64,000 bases of DNA from Lama guanicoe. Taxonomy: Eukaryota. Of the stretch, positions 41,531 through 56,387 are shown in pieces. A program made the position numbers and the translations under genes. The stretch lies in NCBI GenBank assembly GCA_013239625.1, contig MU053487.1:3555058-3619057 (forward strand), in the 5' to 3' direction. The notes under the pieces are model-generated. The model did not search any database and had not been told where the DNA came from. It saw only the letters and a program-made list of their open reading frames with translations. How positions within the stretch are numbered: the stretch's first letter is position 1; each line of letters starts with the position of its first letter.

Positions 41531-41659
41531 GCCATGATGATCACGCTGAAGTCCAGCCAGTTCCATGGGTCCCGAAGGAAGGTGAACGCGTGCAGGCAGA
41601 AGCCTCGAGCCAGAATCTTGACCAGAGACTCAAAGGTATAGATGGCAGTGAAGGTGTAC
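41531..41659 (-). CDS. SCN5A: SCN5A exon 5 (129 nt; [43 protein letters not shown])
   Basis: Acceptor ctttccag|G; donor GC|GTAAGT; translation of DI S2-S3. Confidence 0.98.
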
Positions 41660-43013
41660 CTGGAAAGGAGAGACCCGTGGGGTTTCTCAGGGAGGCCATA
41701 GCCCACAGGCCAGGTCAGCCAGGTTCCCGTCGTGGCATGCGCCCAGCTCAGCTTCCCTTTCGAATGCCCTCAGACCAGGCCCTCTGCAGAGACCCTTTGG
41801 CAGAGCTGAAGCTTCATTCCAAACACCTGGCCAATGAATGCATCTCCCTGTTTACTCAGCATCCTGCACAGACCTTCCTCATGCCCATGTGAACCCTCTA
41901 TCTTCTCTCAGTTGTCTTGATGTCAGAAAACTCTCCACCTATCTCCTCCCCCAGCTCTAGGGGTCCCTGTACACAGGCATATGGTGAACACTTGGGAGAG
42001 ATAGGACCCTCAGGGTCACGGCCCCTCACCCTTGCGTGTGGGTCCTCAGTGGCGGGAGCATAGTCCATCCTCAACCACCTACAGGTGACTACAGCTGCCT
42101 GCCTTGGGCTTGAAAGCGGGGTAATGTTCTAACACTTGAGGCTGGGAAGGGGCTGTTCTCTGTGCCCAGGGTGGGCTGAGCAATCCCAAGTGCCTGGACG
42201 CTGGGACTGTGGCCCCCAGGGCTGGACGAGGACCCAGGTCTCAGCAGCTGGACGCAGACCCTGGCACCGACGGTGCCACGGGGTCCTGTGAGAACGTGGA
42301 GTGCCACCAGGCAAGTCACTTTGGTAAGAGAGGCTGTCCCTGACATTTCCTTGAACCCCTGAAAACAGGAGCCAAATGCATCAGGGCCTATTGAATCTTA
42401 GAGCCTATGGGTCAGGAAATTTCATTTGGGAAGAAAGGACCAGACATAGTTTTCTAAAACTGTGCAAATGGTTACAGGAGGCAGGACTTAGGGGAAAGGG
42501 ACAGCAGAGTGTGGCACTGAGGCAGGGGTAGTCCTGAGTCTCTGCCTGGAAGCCACACCCCCTGGCTGCGTGGTCTGGGGCAGGTCACTCCTCCAATTCT
42601 GTCTTGTCTGTCAAACGGGCATAGTGGTTGGACCTGCCTGCCTGTGTTGCCATCAGGGTTAAAGGACACAATGCTTATTCTAGGACAGCGCCTGGCATGC
42701 ACTAGTGCTCAATCAATTCTTAGTATTATCTCCAAACCTGCTCCACTATCGTCAGAACTTTTTACGGTGGGTCAGGGAGAAACCCCTTCTTTGCCAACCT
42801 GGAGAGCGTCCTCTCCTGAGAGCACAGCTCAAAGCATGAATCTAGGAGGACTGGAAGCAGCAGCAGAAGGAAGGGCTGTGCCAAGGAACCCCTCTTCCCC
42901 TGCTCCAGATGGGCAAGTCCCTGGGCTCCTTCTCGGGTGACTTTGGGGCCAAGAGTCCAGAATGGAAAAGGCAGGGAGGGAGGGGCCGGCTGGAGAGGCC
43001 CTGAGGATACTCA

Positions 43014-43115
<102 letters not shown>

Positions 43116-44984
43116 TCAAGAAAAGCTGCGTGCAGGGGACAGCAGGGCCGCTGCCACCAGAGGGTCCTGCCCCTGGGGTTGGCACCACAGGACAGGCCAG
43201 GGCTGCCAGGTCAATGAGACAGGGGCTCCCAGGAGACATGCCAGGGCTGCACCCAGTCCTTACCAACCCCTCCCCACTAAGGGTAGACACCTGCTGGCTT
43301 CACTGCCCCCAAGCAGGACCAGACACCTGAGTCCACAGCTTTAGCAGAGCCCATCCTGGAGAGAAGGGAGGAAGGGCCGGGACCCCAGCTGCGTGGGAGC
43401 CCTGTCCTGGGCCACACTGGAGGGAGATGGCCATTTAGGAACTGCTCCTCGGGGACCACGGGTTCAAGGAGAGGAAAGCCATGGTGGCAGGGCTCCCAGT
43501 CCCTCCTCCAGTCCTATGGGAGCAGCCTAGGCTGACTTTTGAACTAGGACTTATGCCAAAACGTAGATACCTTGTTGGGACACACTAACCCGGGGAGAGG
43601 CAGAGGCCTGCTTCTCTGGCTGCTTCCGCCTTTCCACACGCTTTTCAACCCGGCCTCCGCTCCACCTGGTAACCGCACCTCTCCTTCAAGGACCACGGCT
43701 GCCCTGACTCCTTGGTTGCTGCAGCCACGGCACCCCCCATACCACCAGCCTCCTTCTTTTAGCACGTCTGGCTCCCTGAATGGTAGTGCCCACCTGTACC
43801 CCCCACAAAAGGGGGGCTCTTCAAATGCTGGGACCCACTCCTCTACCCTGCCCCAGGCATCCTCCAGGCCTTGTCTGAGTCCAGACTCTTTGGCTCCAAG
43901 TCCCAGCTGCTACTCCAGGCTGGAAGCTCTGACTGACTGACCTCAACGGCCTCCCTCACCTTCAAGCCCCGCAGAAGAGAGAGGGACAGACCCTGGGCCT
44001 CCTGTGGGCTGGGGCACCCTCAAGGTACATGGCCCAGAACAGGGACGCTCTGCTGCCCTCACAAAACTTCTTCCCAGCCCAAGAAGGGAAGCTGAGCCTC
44101 CCACTCCCTGCGGCTACCCCCACGCTCACCAAACTGCCCCACCCTCAGCCCTGCAGGTGCAGACAGCCAGCAAGTTTATTGCCACGGGCTGCCCCGGGGC
44201 TGCAGTAAATGAGCTCCAGGGGCCTGCCTCTTTCCTCCCTCCCAGCTCCACCCTTTCCCGTGGCGTGGCCCAGCCTCATGTCCAATGGGGAGCCCAATGC
44301 AGTCAGACTGGAGATGAGGCTGAGCTGGGGTGCCGATTTCTAGCAGGGGGGCTGCCCCAGCTGGGGAGAGAGGTGGGACCTCTCAAGGAATCTAGGATTT
44401 CTCCCTCCTCCTAGGGAATCCAAGGAATCAAGCAATAGCCAGCCAGCCCCAGCCCTCAGCTTATAATGAATTCTCTGATTTCTCACCTAAGGGGGGAGGG
44501 GGCCCAATCAAACCAGAGTTGCTCAGCTCAAGAGGTCATGGCTCCAGGAAACCTTGATTTCTCCCTGGCCAGGGGGTACCTCTCCAGGCACTGGGGTACT
44601 TCCATCAGTTTGGTATCTCCGTGGCCAGGCCTACCAGGGCAAGATTAGGTACCCATCTCAGTAGCTCTCCTCCCCGACACACTTTCCTCACACCCCAGCT
44701 CCCTGGCAAGGCACTCCTCGCCCAGGCAGTTAACAAGCCCCTCAACCAGGCTTTACTCATCTCCACAGATGCGTGGCTAAATCATCTACTGAAGATCAGG
44801 TGATTCCTGAAATGTGAAGGTAATGATGCTAAAAGTACGTACTTAATGAGCCCTTCCTGGGTGCCAGGCTCTGCTCTCTGCATCCATTAGCTAATTCAAT
44901 TCTCCCAAGAACACAGGAGGTGGAGTCTTTGTCTCCACTTTAGAGATGACGAGACTGAGGCACAAAGAGGTTACCTTGAAAGAT

Positions 44985-45489
44985 GCTATAGGAGGTAGAA
45001 TAATGCCCACCCCCAACAGCCCACCATCTCAAAGACAGCCACATTCTAATCCCGGCAAACTATAAACGTTAATTTATACGCCAAAGGGACTTTGCAGATG
45101 TGATTAAATTAAGGACCTGGAGATTATCCTGGATTATCTGGGTGGGCCCAATGTCATCACTGGATCCTTATAAGAGGAGGAGGGAGGAGTCAGCACGATG
45201 CTTGTGAGAAAGACTCCGCCAGCTGTTGCTGACTTTGGAAATGGAGGAGAGCCAGAGCTAAGGATTTCACGAGGATTTCACACAACCTCTAGAAAATGGA
45301 AAAACCTGGAAAACAGATTCTCCCCTCAAACCTCCAAAAATGACCACAGCCCTGCTGATATCTTGACTTTGGCCCCGTAAGCATTTTTTGGACTTCCGAC
45401 CTCCGAAACTGTCAGATGATAAATCCGTGTTGTTTTAAGCCACTGAGTTTCTGGTGATTTGTTACAGCAGCCACAGAAAATGGCTGTAG
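44985..45489 (+). mobile_element. MaLR solo LTR (MLT1D-like)
   Basis: gggactttgcagatgtgattaaattaagg, gattatcctggattatctgggtgggccc, gttttaagccactgagtttctggtgatttgttacagcagc. Confidence 0.85.
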
Positions 45490-45868
45490 GCTGATGGAGG
45501 CCTCCACTCTGAGCCCGTCTCAGAACGGAGACACCACAGGTCACCCCCGGTCCTTTCCCTCGCCTCCAGACTGAAGGGCCTGTGTCATTTGTGCTGTTTC
45601 AGGTCCTCATCTGCCACGCTGGACTGCTATCCCTTGTTTGGACTCTGCTGCCTAGAAGGCAGGACGTAAAACCAAAGGGTGAAGCGCTCTGTAAAGTGTG
45701 AGCAGGTGGCCACCCAGGAGGAATGGAATTGTTCACTGTTTTAAAGAACAAACCTCATGTTAGCACGTGTGCCTGGCCGTGGGTGGGAGACAGGGAACCA
45801 TTTGAGCCCCTGAACTGCTCCAAGATGGGATATTATGAGAAACCAGCCCTACCTCTGGCTGGGTAGGA

Positions 45869-45980
45869 CAGGAGGGCTTCCTGGAGGAGGCATTTAGACA
45901 AGCACTGAAGGCTGGCTAGGGGCCAGGCAGGAAGGCTTCCTGGAGGAGGCATTTAGAGAGGCAGTAAAGGCTGGCTAGGG
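45869..45980 (+). repeat. Tandem duplication, 59-bp period
   Basis: caggarggcttcctggaggaggcatttagas.gca.t.aaggctggctaggg occurs twice. Confidence 0.85.
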
Positions 45981-46784
45981 TTCCTCTAGCTACCAATCAG
46001 CCCAGCTGGTCATGGTGAAGCTGAGAACGAGGGAGATCCCAGTCTGTGGAACCAAGCCTCTCCCGGCTTGAGCGGACCCACAGCTCTTGTTAGAGTGGAG
46101 AAAAGGGCCCTTGGCAGAGAGCAGTGGTGTGGACAGGCCACCTTGGATTGGGGACTTGGATTGGACTTAGGGAAGAGCCAGAGCAGACAGCCCTTCCAAG
46201 TCCTGCCAGCCAGGGCCTGGGTCGCACAGTGGGAAAGTACAGAGCTGCCTGTCTGAATTTGGCTTTTCCAGACACAGCTATGGCCTCGGGGGAAATGCGG
46301 TGGACTCCGGTCTCTGCTGCTTGACTGCTCCACACACTGCCTGGCTCTCCTAACCTTGAGGACGGCCCTTCCATTATTCTCAGTCACTCCTGAGTATATG
46401 TCTGTGTGACCTCTTCCTCTCTAGACTGAGCCTCTAGTCCAGGGGACTCTGACCAAAGCATCCCCAGGTCCTCCCTGGAGCCACGCATGCAGCCAATATC
46501 AGGGAGGTAAGTCAAGAGCACTCCTGGCCAGGACACACCTGTTTGCACTGCCTAGTGGTTTCAGGCTGATGATTGAGCAGGTTTCATGTGTGGGCAGAGG
46601 CAAAGGCCAGCTCTCCAGGGCTGAGCTCAGCTGAACATCTTCAATCCTGTCATGTCATTGTCCCCAGCCACCCACTCCCAGCCTCATGATTAAAATGCCA
46701 GCAAGGGCTGCCAGCATGGGTTGTGGGGAATGCCTGAAACTGGGGCTGCCTGTCTTTAGATCCTAAGGAGTCACACAAAAAAAA

Positions 46785-46828
46785 NNNNNNNNNNNNNNNN
46801 NNNNNNNNNNNNNNNNNNNNNNNNNNNN
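46785..46828. other. Assembly gap (44 N)
   Basis: N run. Confidence 1.
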
Positions 46829-47479
46829 CTGCCAGCATGGGTTGTGGGGAAGGCCGGAAAATGGGGGTGCCGTTTTTAAAATCCTAAGGAGGAAAAAAAA
46901 AAAAAAAACAACAACAAAAAACTCCCAAAGAGAAGGGAATTAAAGGGGGGGGCATTTTCATATATTTGTGCTATTAAATCAACATGCATGCGCGTGCGCA
47001 CACACACACACACACGCACACGGTTTGATTGTCCATTTGAATCTGCTAGAGGAACGTGGGAGGATTTTGTGAACAGATCCTGTGCACCCGAGGAAGGCAA
47101 AACGCTTCTTGCCATGAACGTGCGGCCTCTCTGAATGTGACTGCAGTGGAATTTGGATTTCTGTTGGTTTCTTTTAATCCTGGCAGGAACACATCCTGCA
47201 GGATTATAACAAAAATACATCAGGAAAAAAAAATTCTACATGCCCATATTTACTTTTTAGGCAACTTCCCAGGGACGCACTGTAAGCATGGAGCCCAGAG
47301 CAAAGCCGCGGGCTCGCCAGTGCGTCACTGCGAACTCCTGGACGACTGCACATAAACGGGCTTTCTTTCTTGAGAGCAGGGGCTGCGGTTCTGCCCCCTT
47401 TTAAGTTGGTCTTTGCCCCTACTGCCCTTTCCAAAGGGCCTGGCACAGAACTTTGAACACTGAAGACTTAAGATATTTG

Positions 47480-47860
47480 AATGGCTATTAAAATGGCAAG
47501 CCAACAGTGGATAGAGTTTCAGTTCTGCAACATGAAGAAGTTGTAGAGAGCGAATGATAGTTAACACCACTGTACTGGGCACTGAAAAGTGGTTAAGATG
47601 GTCAATTTTATGTTATACGTTTTCTACCACAATTTTTAAAAAATATGAGGAGAGAGTTCATAATTCAAAACATGAAATCCGTGTGCATTAGAAATGCATA
47701 GTGACTGGTAATGAGCACGAGGTTTCTTTCTAAGGAGATAAAAATGTTTTAGAATTAGTGGTGGTGGTTGCACAACCTTATGAATATACTAAAGTACACT
47801 GAATTGTACACTTTTAAATGGTAAATTTTACAGTATGTGAACTATATCTCGATTTAAAAA
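47480..47860 (+). repeat. Old L1 (L1MB/MC-like) 3' end fragments
   Basis: atagagtttcagtt, ggtggttgcacaac, cactgaattgtacacttttaaatggtaaattttacagtatgtgaactatatctc. Confidence 0.7.
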
Positions 47861-50055
47861 AAACCCACAGAAATGAATGGAAAGCTGGTAGATTTCTAGA
47901 CCTTACACTGGCGATTCTGGTCTGGAAAGGGCTAGGAATCTGCATTTTTAACAAACTTCCCAGGTGCCACTCACAGATGGACATTTGGAAACATTTGCCT
48001 TAGAGCAGCACGCACACAAATTGTGGAGACCTTCCTAAAATATGGTTTCTGAGGTGGGGCCAGAGATTTGGCAATTCCTAGAAGATCCCAGTGATGCTGA
48101 CTGCTGCTGCTCAGTGTCCCACACTGTGATGGCAGGGCTCAAAGACACAGGACACAAAGTCCAGGCCCCTTCCTCTCCCTCAGTGTCCCCTGAGCCCACT
48201 AAGGGGCGCTGTTGAAGACCAGCAGTGTGCTCCCATCTCCAGGCAGCGGAGCCTCAAGGCTGCCGCTGGGAGCCTAGCCCAGGGCCTCCCTGATGCAGAG
48301 CCACTTCCCTGGGGCAGCTGTCCTTGGGGACAAGGTCCGCCTCACAGGCCTCAGGGCCAGACGGGCCCTGTCAAGTGGAACCAGCCCCTCACAGCCTCAG
48401 AACCATGGCTCGGTGGACGCTCTGGACAGGCTAGGGTTTCCACTGCCCCCACCACCTCCCGTGCCCACCTGCCTCCCTGGCCTCAGCCGGCCTGTAGCCC
48501 AGCCTGGTAGGAACCCTGGGGCTGCCACTGCATCTCCAGGGGCTGCTGTTGCATCTCCAGGGGCTGCCAAACAGCAGGGTTGGCTAGATACCTGGAGAAG
48601 AAGCCCCAGGTGGAAGCCGGAGTGTGCTTTCAGGGAGGCCACGCCCTTGGAGTGAGGCGGGAGACAGGCTCAGAGCAAGAAGAAGGCTGGCCGTTCCTCC
48701 TGCTGCACCGCTCTCGTCAGGCTGAGCCCACACACCACCAGCAGGAAGGACAGACACTACTCGTGTGCCTGTCTAACCACTCTTGGGGGCTGTAAAATTC
48801 CCAAAGGGCAAGGACAGGGTCTTATTCAGCTTGATAAACAACGTGCCTGGCACCTACAGGAAGCTGGGAAATAGTCACAGAATGACTCAAAATTAAACCT
48901 AGAACCACCCTTGCCTCCCAAAGTTAAGATGCAGCTGTGAATGGCAGGTTGCCCCCTGTATACAGCCCTTCCCCACAGTGTCTGCCCACCCTAGAGACCA
49001 CCCTGCTGATGCCACAGCCATGGCCTGTGTGGGAGGGTTTCCCTGGACCTACCTGTCTCAGGATCCCCATGAGAAATGCAGGAGCAAGCGGGAGGGGGCT
49101 GGAGAGGGTCTGCAGGCAGAGAACAAATGGGGTCCAGAGCCCCCGGGACTGGCCCTGGGGGTAGGGATCAGGCACTGGGACACAGGTGGGCAGACAGCGA
49201 AGCTGTGAAGGAGCACCCCTCACCCCTGCCTGGACAGGAAAGGCCCCCAAGCTGTCAGCATCTATCTCAGTTACTCAGAGCCTCCTGCCCTGCCCAGAGG
49301 TTAATGGGTGAGGCCTTTGCCTTGGCCTCAGAAAAGGTCACCCAGAGTGGAAACTGAGGGGGGACCTTGGGGAGCTCTCTGGGGCCAGCCTGCCAGCCTC
49401 ACCACTAATCACACTGCTGAGCCCAGCAGCACTGATTCAATTAACAGCCAGGCCAGCTGCAGCTGAAGCAAGGCTGCCCAGGCCATTACAGTGAAACACA
49501 GACACCTCTGACTCCACGGCCGGACACCTGCCCTTCCTGAGAGGCTCCATTGACGGGGCCCCTTTCCTGAAGTCCAGAGAACAGCTATCTCCCTGTCCCG
49601 TGCTCAGCCTGGAAGGGGCCTCCTAGGGCCCGAAGACCGGTACCCACCCCTTATTCCACTGCGCCTCCCTGCAGCCTCCAGCATTTTCAGGCTGTGGTTT
49701 ATATAATTTGATGCTAACCAGAGTTCTCTGAGATACTCTGAAACTGCAAACATTTTGTCAACACCTAATCAAAAAGCAAGTGTTGCCTCCCTCAAAAGAG
49801 GCCCACGTGTGAATAAACTGGAGGCTGAGCCCCAGCGACCTGCCTGAGGTCCCCGCGAGTGGGTGGGGCGGTGTCCAGCCGAGGGCTTGCGGTGAGAGGA
49901 GACATGTGGAGCCAAGATCAGAGCCAGGGGGCACAGACCAGCCTCATTTCTTCTGGGATCCTCAACAGCTTAGCTTTTAGGACATTTCTCTCCCGAAGAA
50001 TCAGGGCAGAATTTCCCAAATTTTCATATGTCTGCAATCCCCTGGGATCTTGTTA

Positions 50056-50577
<522 letters not shown>

Positions 50578-52855
50578 TTATGAGAGATTGGGGAATATCA
50601 GGTTGGGTGGGATTTAGTTTCATTTCAAAATTACAGTCCCAAAAAGAAGGGGCCTTTCTTGATCTGAGCCAAGCTGCTGTCACGGCCAAGGCCGGGACCC
50701 AGCCAAGGCCCCCTGCTTTCCCTCTCCATTCTGACCCCTGTGCACTTCCCCACCGGGCCCTCTGAGGAATGAGGGCCTGATGAGGGAGCTGGGTCAGCAG
50801 GGAGGACTAATGAGTGAGGTGTGGGGATGAGGAAAATACAGAACCCAGCCCAGGAGAGAGACGCTTTCCCTGGGACTCTGTCTCCTGGAGTCCAGGACAG
50901 ATGGAGCCCCATCCAACCCAGAGGACATGACCTAGTGTCTCCCTCAGGGGATCATGGGCAGCCCGGGGTAAACCTACTCCCCAAACTTCCAGAAGATACT
51001 GTCTACACAGCACAATGGGGCATGGGAGTGGACAGTGAATGCTGGAGGCTGAGACACATGCACATCAAGCGGACGTTTGAGCTGGACGTCGCCCTTGAGG
51101 ACAGTGGTCTATCCCCCATGCCCAGGCTCTGGCGGGTGCAGCAGAGGTGGCACGGCTCTGGGGCTGTGCTTCTCCCAGAGCTGAGCTGGTGAGATAAGGT
51201 TCTATTTAATCTGGGCCTAGGAGACAAGGTGACCAGATGGATGAGGACCGAAAGTTCTGCTGTGGTGCCTGCGTCACCCCATAGGACTGCAGGAAGTGTG
51301 GCCAGGGGTCAGCAAGGAGAGACAGGTTAGAGACCAGAATCCTACCTGGGGCCACCGCTCAAGTGTCCCCAGTCACAGGGACAGGAGAGAGAGTGTCCCT
51401 GACTCCTTCCAAGCTCAACTGCCACCAGCCCTGAAGAGCCTGGCCCAGCCCTGGCTCCACGCTCAGTTAGGTCCCCCTGCCATGACTCCTGCCTGTCCCA
51501 GCTAACTCCAACCTCACTGCCACTTTGATTCGCCACTCAAACCTTGGCTCGTTCCCAGCTGTGGCCTTAACCCTGACCCTAATTCTTACTTCCAGCTCTG
51601 ACCAACCATAACCTAGACCCACCCATCCTGACTAATCCCAGTGTCCAGTCTAACTCTAACACCAGCTGTGGCCACAGCCCCTGACCTCAACCCTGCTTGA
51701 GTCACTTGAACCGGGGGAAAGCAGGACCAAGTTCAAGGTCCCATCTCCCATCTGTGCATATAGCCTGGGTGGGCTTCGCCTACCCACCCACTCACAAGTG
51801 CATGCACACAGAGACAGTCGTGCCCACGCCCACCCTCAATGCAGTCTCAAAGCCCAGTGACACACACTGAGGTGCCTGGCGACCCTGACACACACACACT
51901 CATACCCACCAGGTGCTCACATTCACCCTGGGAACACCAACCCTATCTTCCCTCAGTGCTTCCCCAGCCCTGGTACTGACTGCAGAGATGTGGGCAGGAA
52001 CCAACCTCTTTGGACCCAGCCTTCTGGGGAAAGGCCTCCCCCAGATTCAAAGCTGCCTTCCTCCTCCAGCAGTGAGGCCCGAAATATGGGCAGCTGGGGT
52101 GGGGACCAGGCCTCTGCAGGAGCCCTGTGTGCTCCTGGTCTGGCCACATGTGCAGGGCTGGGCACATAGTCCCAAGAGGGCAGGGCAGGGGACCCAGACA
52201 GGGGATTTACCTCCTGGGTAGAAATCTGTGCTGGAGGAAGCTTGAGTTACCCTGTCTCGTGGACAAAAGCCACTTCCTCTCCCTACACTCAGCGGGGACA
52301 ATAGCAGAGCAACCCCCTCCCCACCCCTCTCAGATTTCCCACGGCCGTCACAGTCCCACTGCCGGCTCACAAGGCCTAGGACACTGCTGCCATGGGCCCC
52401 AGCCTGAGCCACCTGGACACAGCCAACAGCCAGCAGATTCTCTGGGGCAGGGGGTGGGGGCTACACACCACCCCTGATTAACAGAAGGGATCACATACTG
52501 TGCTCTGGGGCCCAAACTCAACTCAGGACAGGACTCAGTGCCCAACTCCAATTCACACACACCACGGGACAGGGGAGTCCTCCAGGGTGAAAATCTAACC
52601 GCAGATGATTCGCAAAGTAGATATTCCGCAAGGAGGCAAGATTTCAACTGTGGCTGCCTGCTCTTTCTTTCATAATACGAAACCATCTCAGGCTGCATAA
52701 TTGTGGCCCTTTACTCCACAACACCAAAGTTAAGGTGATTGGAATATAGATCACCAACGACTCACTCCCTCAAAGCCCAGGGAAGCTGGCCCCAAACAGA
52801 GCCCTGCGTGGAGGCGAGGCCCTCTCCTGTCTGCCGAGTTGATGGGGGAACTTCA

Positions 52856-53211
<356 letters not shown>

Positions 53212-55178
53212 CTGGAAGACACAGACACCAGGGCTGCTGCTGTGCCCAGCAGGGAGTGGCTGTGCGGGTGGAGGGAAGGACCAGCAAAGATGCTCCCAGA
53301 CCACAGGTTCCCCACCTTGCCACAGGCACACCTGGTGGATGCCAGCCTGGGTAAAGCCAGAGCCCTCCAGGCTGCGGGGTGTGCGTGGGGACCGGCAGGA
53401 GGGTCACTCCTCCCCTTCCCATCCCAACGAGCACATCTGAACGCAAGTAGGCAGGAGAGACTGGGCCACTGGGGAGCCTTCCTTCTGCCCCACTCAGTAC
53501 AGAAGGAAGCACTCACACTAGTCGGTTCCTTAGCCAAGCCCACTCTGAGACACTTCTCACAACTAGTGCCAACCCACCCTGGGCTGACGCGGAGGGGGCC
53601 TGTCATCATTTCATTCCAGATCTCTGGCAGGGCTGGTCCTGAACAAACGAATGAGGGGCAAGGGCATTAGAAGCTACCCAGTGCTTCCTCTCAGCTCATC
53701 TCCTCTGAGGAAACCCTGAGGCCCTATGGGGGGATCAGAGGCCTCCTGGGCCGATGCCCAAACTCTGGGCCTGGGTGGTGGGGCCAGAGGGTGGGGGGCA
53801 CTCTGCCTGGTCTTCCCACAGCACCATGTGCCTGTGTGGGAGGGGGTGGTGCCCAGACTTCACCTGGGGCACGGAGGGGCCAACATCTGGCAACTGATGG
53901 GGCATCTGGATCTGCTGACTGAGACCCAGGCAAATCCTGCAGGTTTGGGGAAACAGCTGGGCAACAGCTTTGCGGATGTCATCCAGATGTTGGCGCTCTG
54001 GTATACACAGCTGCAGCAGAACCCCCAGAGAGGCTCTCAAAGAAATCCCCAGAGTGAGGCATCCTTCCAGAGATGGGAAACGCTGTCGGAGCATCCCAGA
54101 CTCCTGACGCCTCCACTCACTCCCCTCCCCTGGTTTGAACAAATGACGACCCACCCCGAGCAACAGCAGAACCAGAAAACGGTGACCGCGCCTCCACTAG
54201 GACGTCCAGCCGGCACACACATGTGACGCCACCCCGGGAGCATATGGCCCCTGGTCGCCTCAGATGATCCGGGACTTGGTGTGAACAGACTCTGATTATG
54301 ACACAGAGGCCAGAGAATGCGCCAACTGCCCCACCAAAACAGGATGTGGTCAGCATAGCTCCTGACCGGGATGCACTCGGAGAGGGAGGCAGTGTCACTA
54401 ATTACCACATCAAACCCAGGGCTGGCCAGGCACCTGTTGGCCATCTCTGCCGGCACAGAATCCCTTTCCGTCAAAGACCAGCCTTGCCTTGATCTTACTC
54501 CTCGGGAACACGTCACAAATGACCCCAAGGGGTGGCTGCCACCCCGACCCCTGCTCATACCCTGCAGAGGGCCCGGGCCCTAAGCACCTTGAAGTAGGCA
54601 CCTGGCCAGGCAACAGGTAAACAACAAGCAAACACAACACAACCAGGTCTCAAAAGGGCACCTCCGGTCCCTGGGGAAGTGCAACACGGAATGTGTGAAG
54701 AAGCCAGAGGAGAGAGGGCCCAGGACGCACACTTTCAGAACCACTCCATCCTGCAGTGCCTGGTTCTTCTGCTTCGTTCAAGTAAAGTTAAACATCTTTG
54801 TTTAAAAAAGAGCCGGTGAGGGAGGAGGGTCCCGTTTTATAAAAGCCTGTCCCCTTCCATTTTTGAGTGAACACAGAACTCGTCCCCAAACGCGAATGGT
54901 GATTTTTTTTTTCCCTTGGCTGGGGGAAATTTGGGTAATTTGAAACTTTCTCCTTTGTGCTTTTCTTCAGTTCTTGAATTATTTATGATGGTCTTGTCTT
55001 ATTTTTACAAAAACAATAAAGTCACTATTCTTTTTATTAAAAAAAAAAAAACAAACAACCCAGCAACAACAATAAGCCAGCCTGGATGGCAGCAGCCCTT
55101 GCAGGGCAATCCTCTCCACTGTGAGCAATCACTAGTCCTGTGAATCAGGAAGCCTCCTCTCTTGCTTGGAATTATTTC

Positions 55179-55188
55179 CTAAAAATAG
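55179..55188. promoter_or_regulatory. Consensus MEF2 site CTAAAAATAG about 2 kb upstream of exon 2
   Basis: Exact match to the MEF2 consensus; function inferred only. Confidence 0.45.
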
Positions 55189-56387
55189 TGTTCTCTGTCT
55201 CACTGTATCCATCTGTGTCCACATGCCTGCAAGGGTTCTGGAGACACGTGTATGGCCATGGACCTACGGAGGCTTCACCGGTACATACCGGTGTCTGTGT
55301 GATGTGCGTGGGGTGTGTGTGTGTGTGTGTGCAGGCAAGCCTGCACTTGCATATACATCTGTTCTAGTAAAAGCACCTTGAAAATCTGTATTGAAATCAA
55401 CTGTTCATACAGATTGGTGCCCATATCCTAAGTGTACACACAGGTGAATGAATTTCCACAAACTGAACTCAACTGGTAGCTAGCACCCAGGGAGAGAAAT
55501 AGATCATTTCCAGTTCCTCTAACTGAGGGTCCCCTCCAGTCTCCAACTGGATAACCACTCTCCCCATGGCCAACAGTCAGGAGATAAGCTTTGCTTGTCC
55601 TTGTGGTTTAGGGACAACTTACAGACCTCTTTGGGGGAGGGGGAAAAATTCAGGAGGAAATTGCATCTCATTCTTATTAACCTCTACCTGAAATTATCGA
55701 ACATTTCCTTCCACTATGAATGCACGCAGCCAAACGGAAGTGTTAGCAGTATCTGTGACCAACAGAAATGCAAGTATTTCCCTCTCTCATTACAGGGGCT
55801 GTAGGTATCTCGAATATCATGAATGCCAACTCTGCTTCACAATTACAACACTTATTAGGCCCACCCTGGCCTCCAGCAGGGCACCCAAACCTTTGGGCTC
55901 AGTGGTTTGTGAAACCAGACTCCAGAGCAGCCAGGCAGCGTCAGGTTCCAAAGTAAACCTGCCAGGAGCATCCTTTGTCTCCAGGCCCCCACAGGCGGCT
56001 CACTGTAGGCGGGTAGGATCCGTTTTCTCCCTTGTTCTCCCGCTGCCTGCACCTGGCTCTGGCCCTGCCCTTTCTTCAGCAGCTCATGGCCCCCGCCCTG
56101 CTGAGGCTGAGACAGGCTGAGCTCTGGCTGCAAGGTTTCTGACAATGCCAGGATGAGCAGAGGTCGGGTAGATCCGAGAACACTCCAGACTTAGGTTCAA
56201 CCATACTCCTCAGTCCTAGGAGGGTGGGCCCCCAGCTTTTCGGGGAGGACCCACTCGGGCTGGGGAAGTGCAGGGGGCCTCTGTTTCGCACAGTTGCAAC
56301 ATATAGAAGGGCCTGAACCTGATTTGATTCAAAGATCACAGCTTTTCTTCTAGATGCCGGCACGCTATGACCCACCCTCACCCAGGA

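Noticed and set aside
51500..51700. Telomere-like (CCCTAA-variant) tract
   Set aside because: Highly degenerate with no run of perfect hexamers; low-complexity sequence rather than an interstitial telomere
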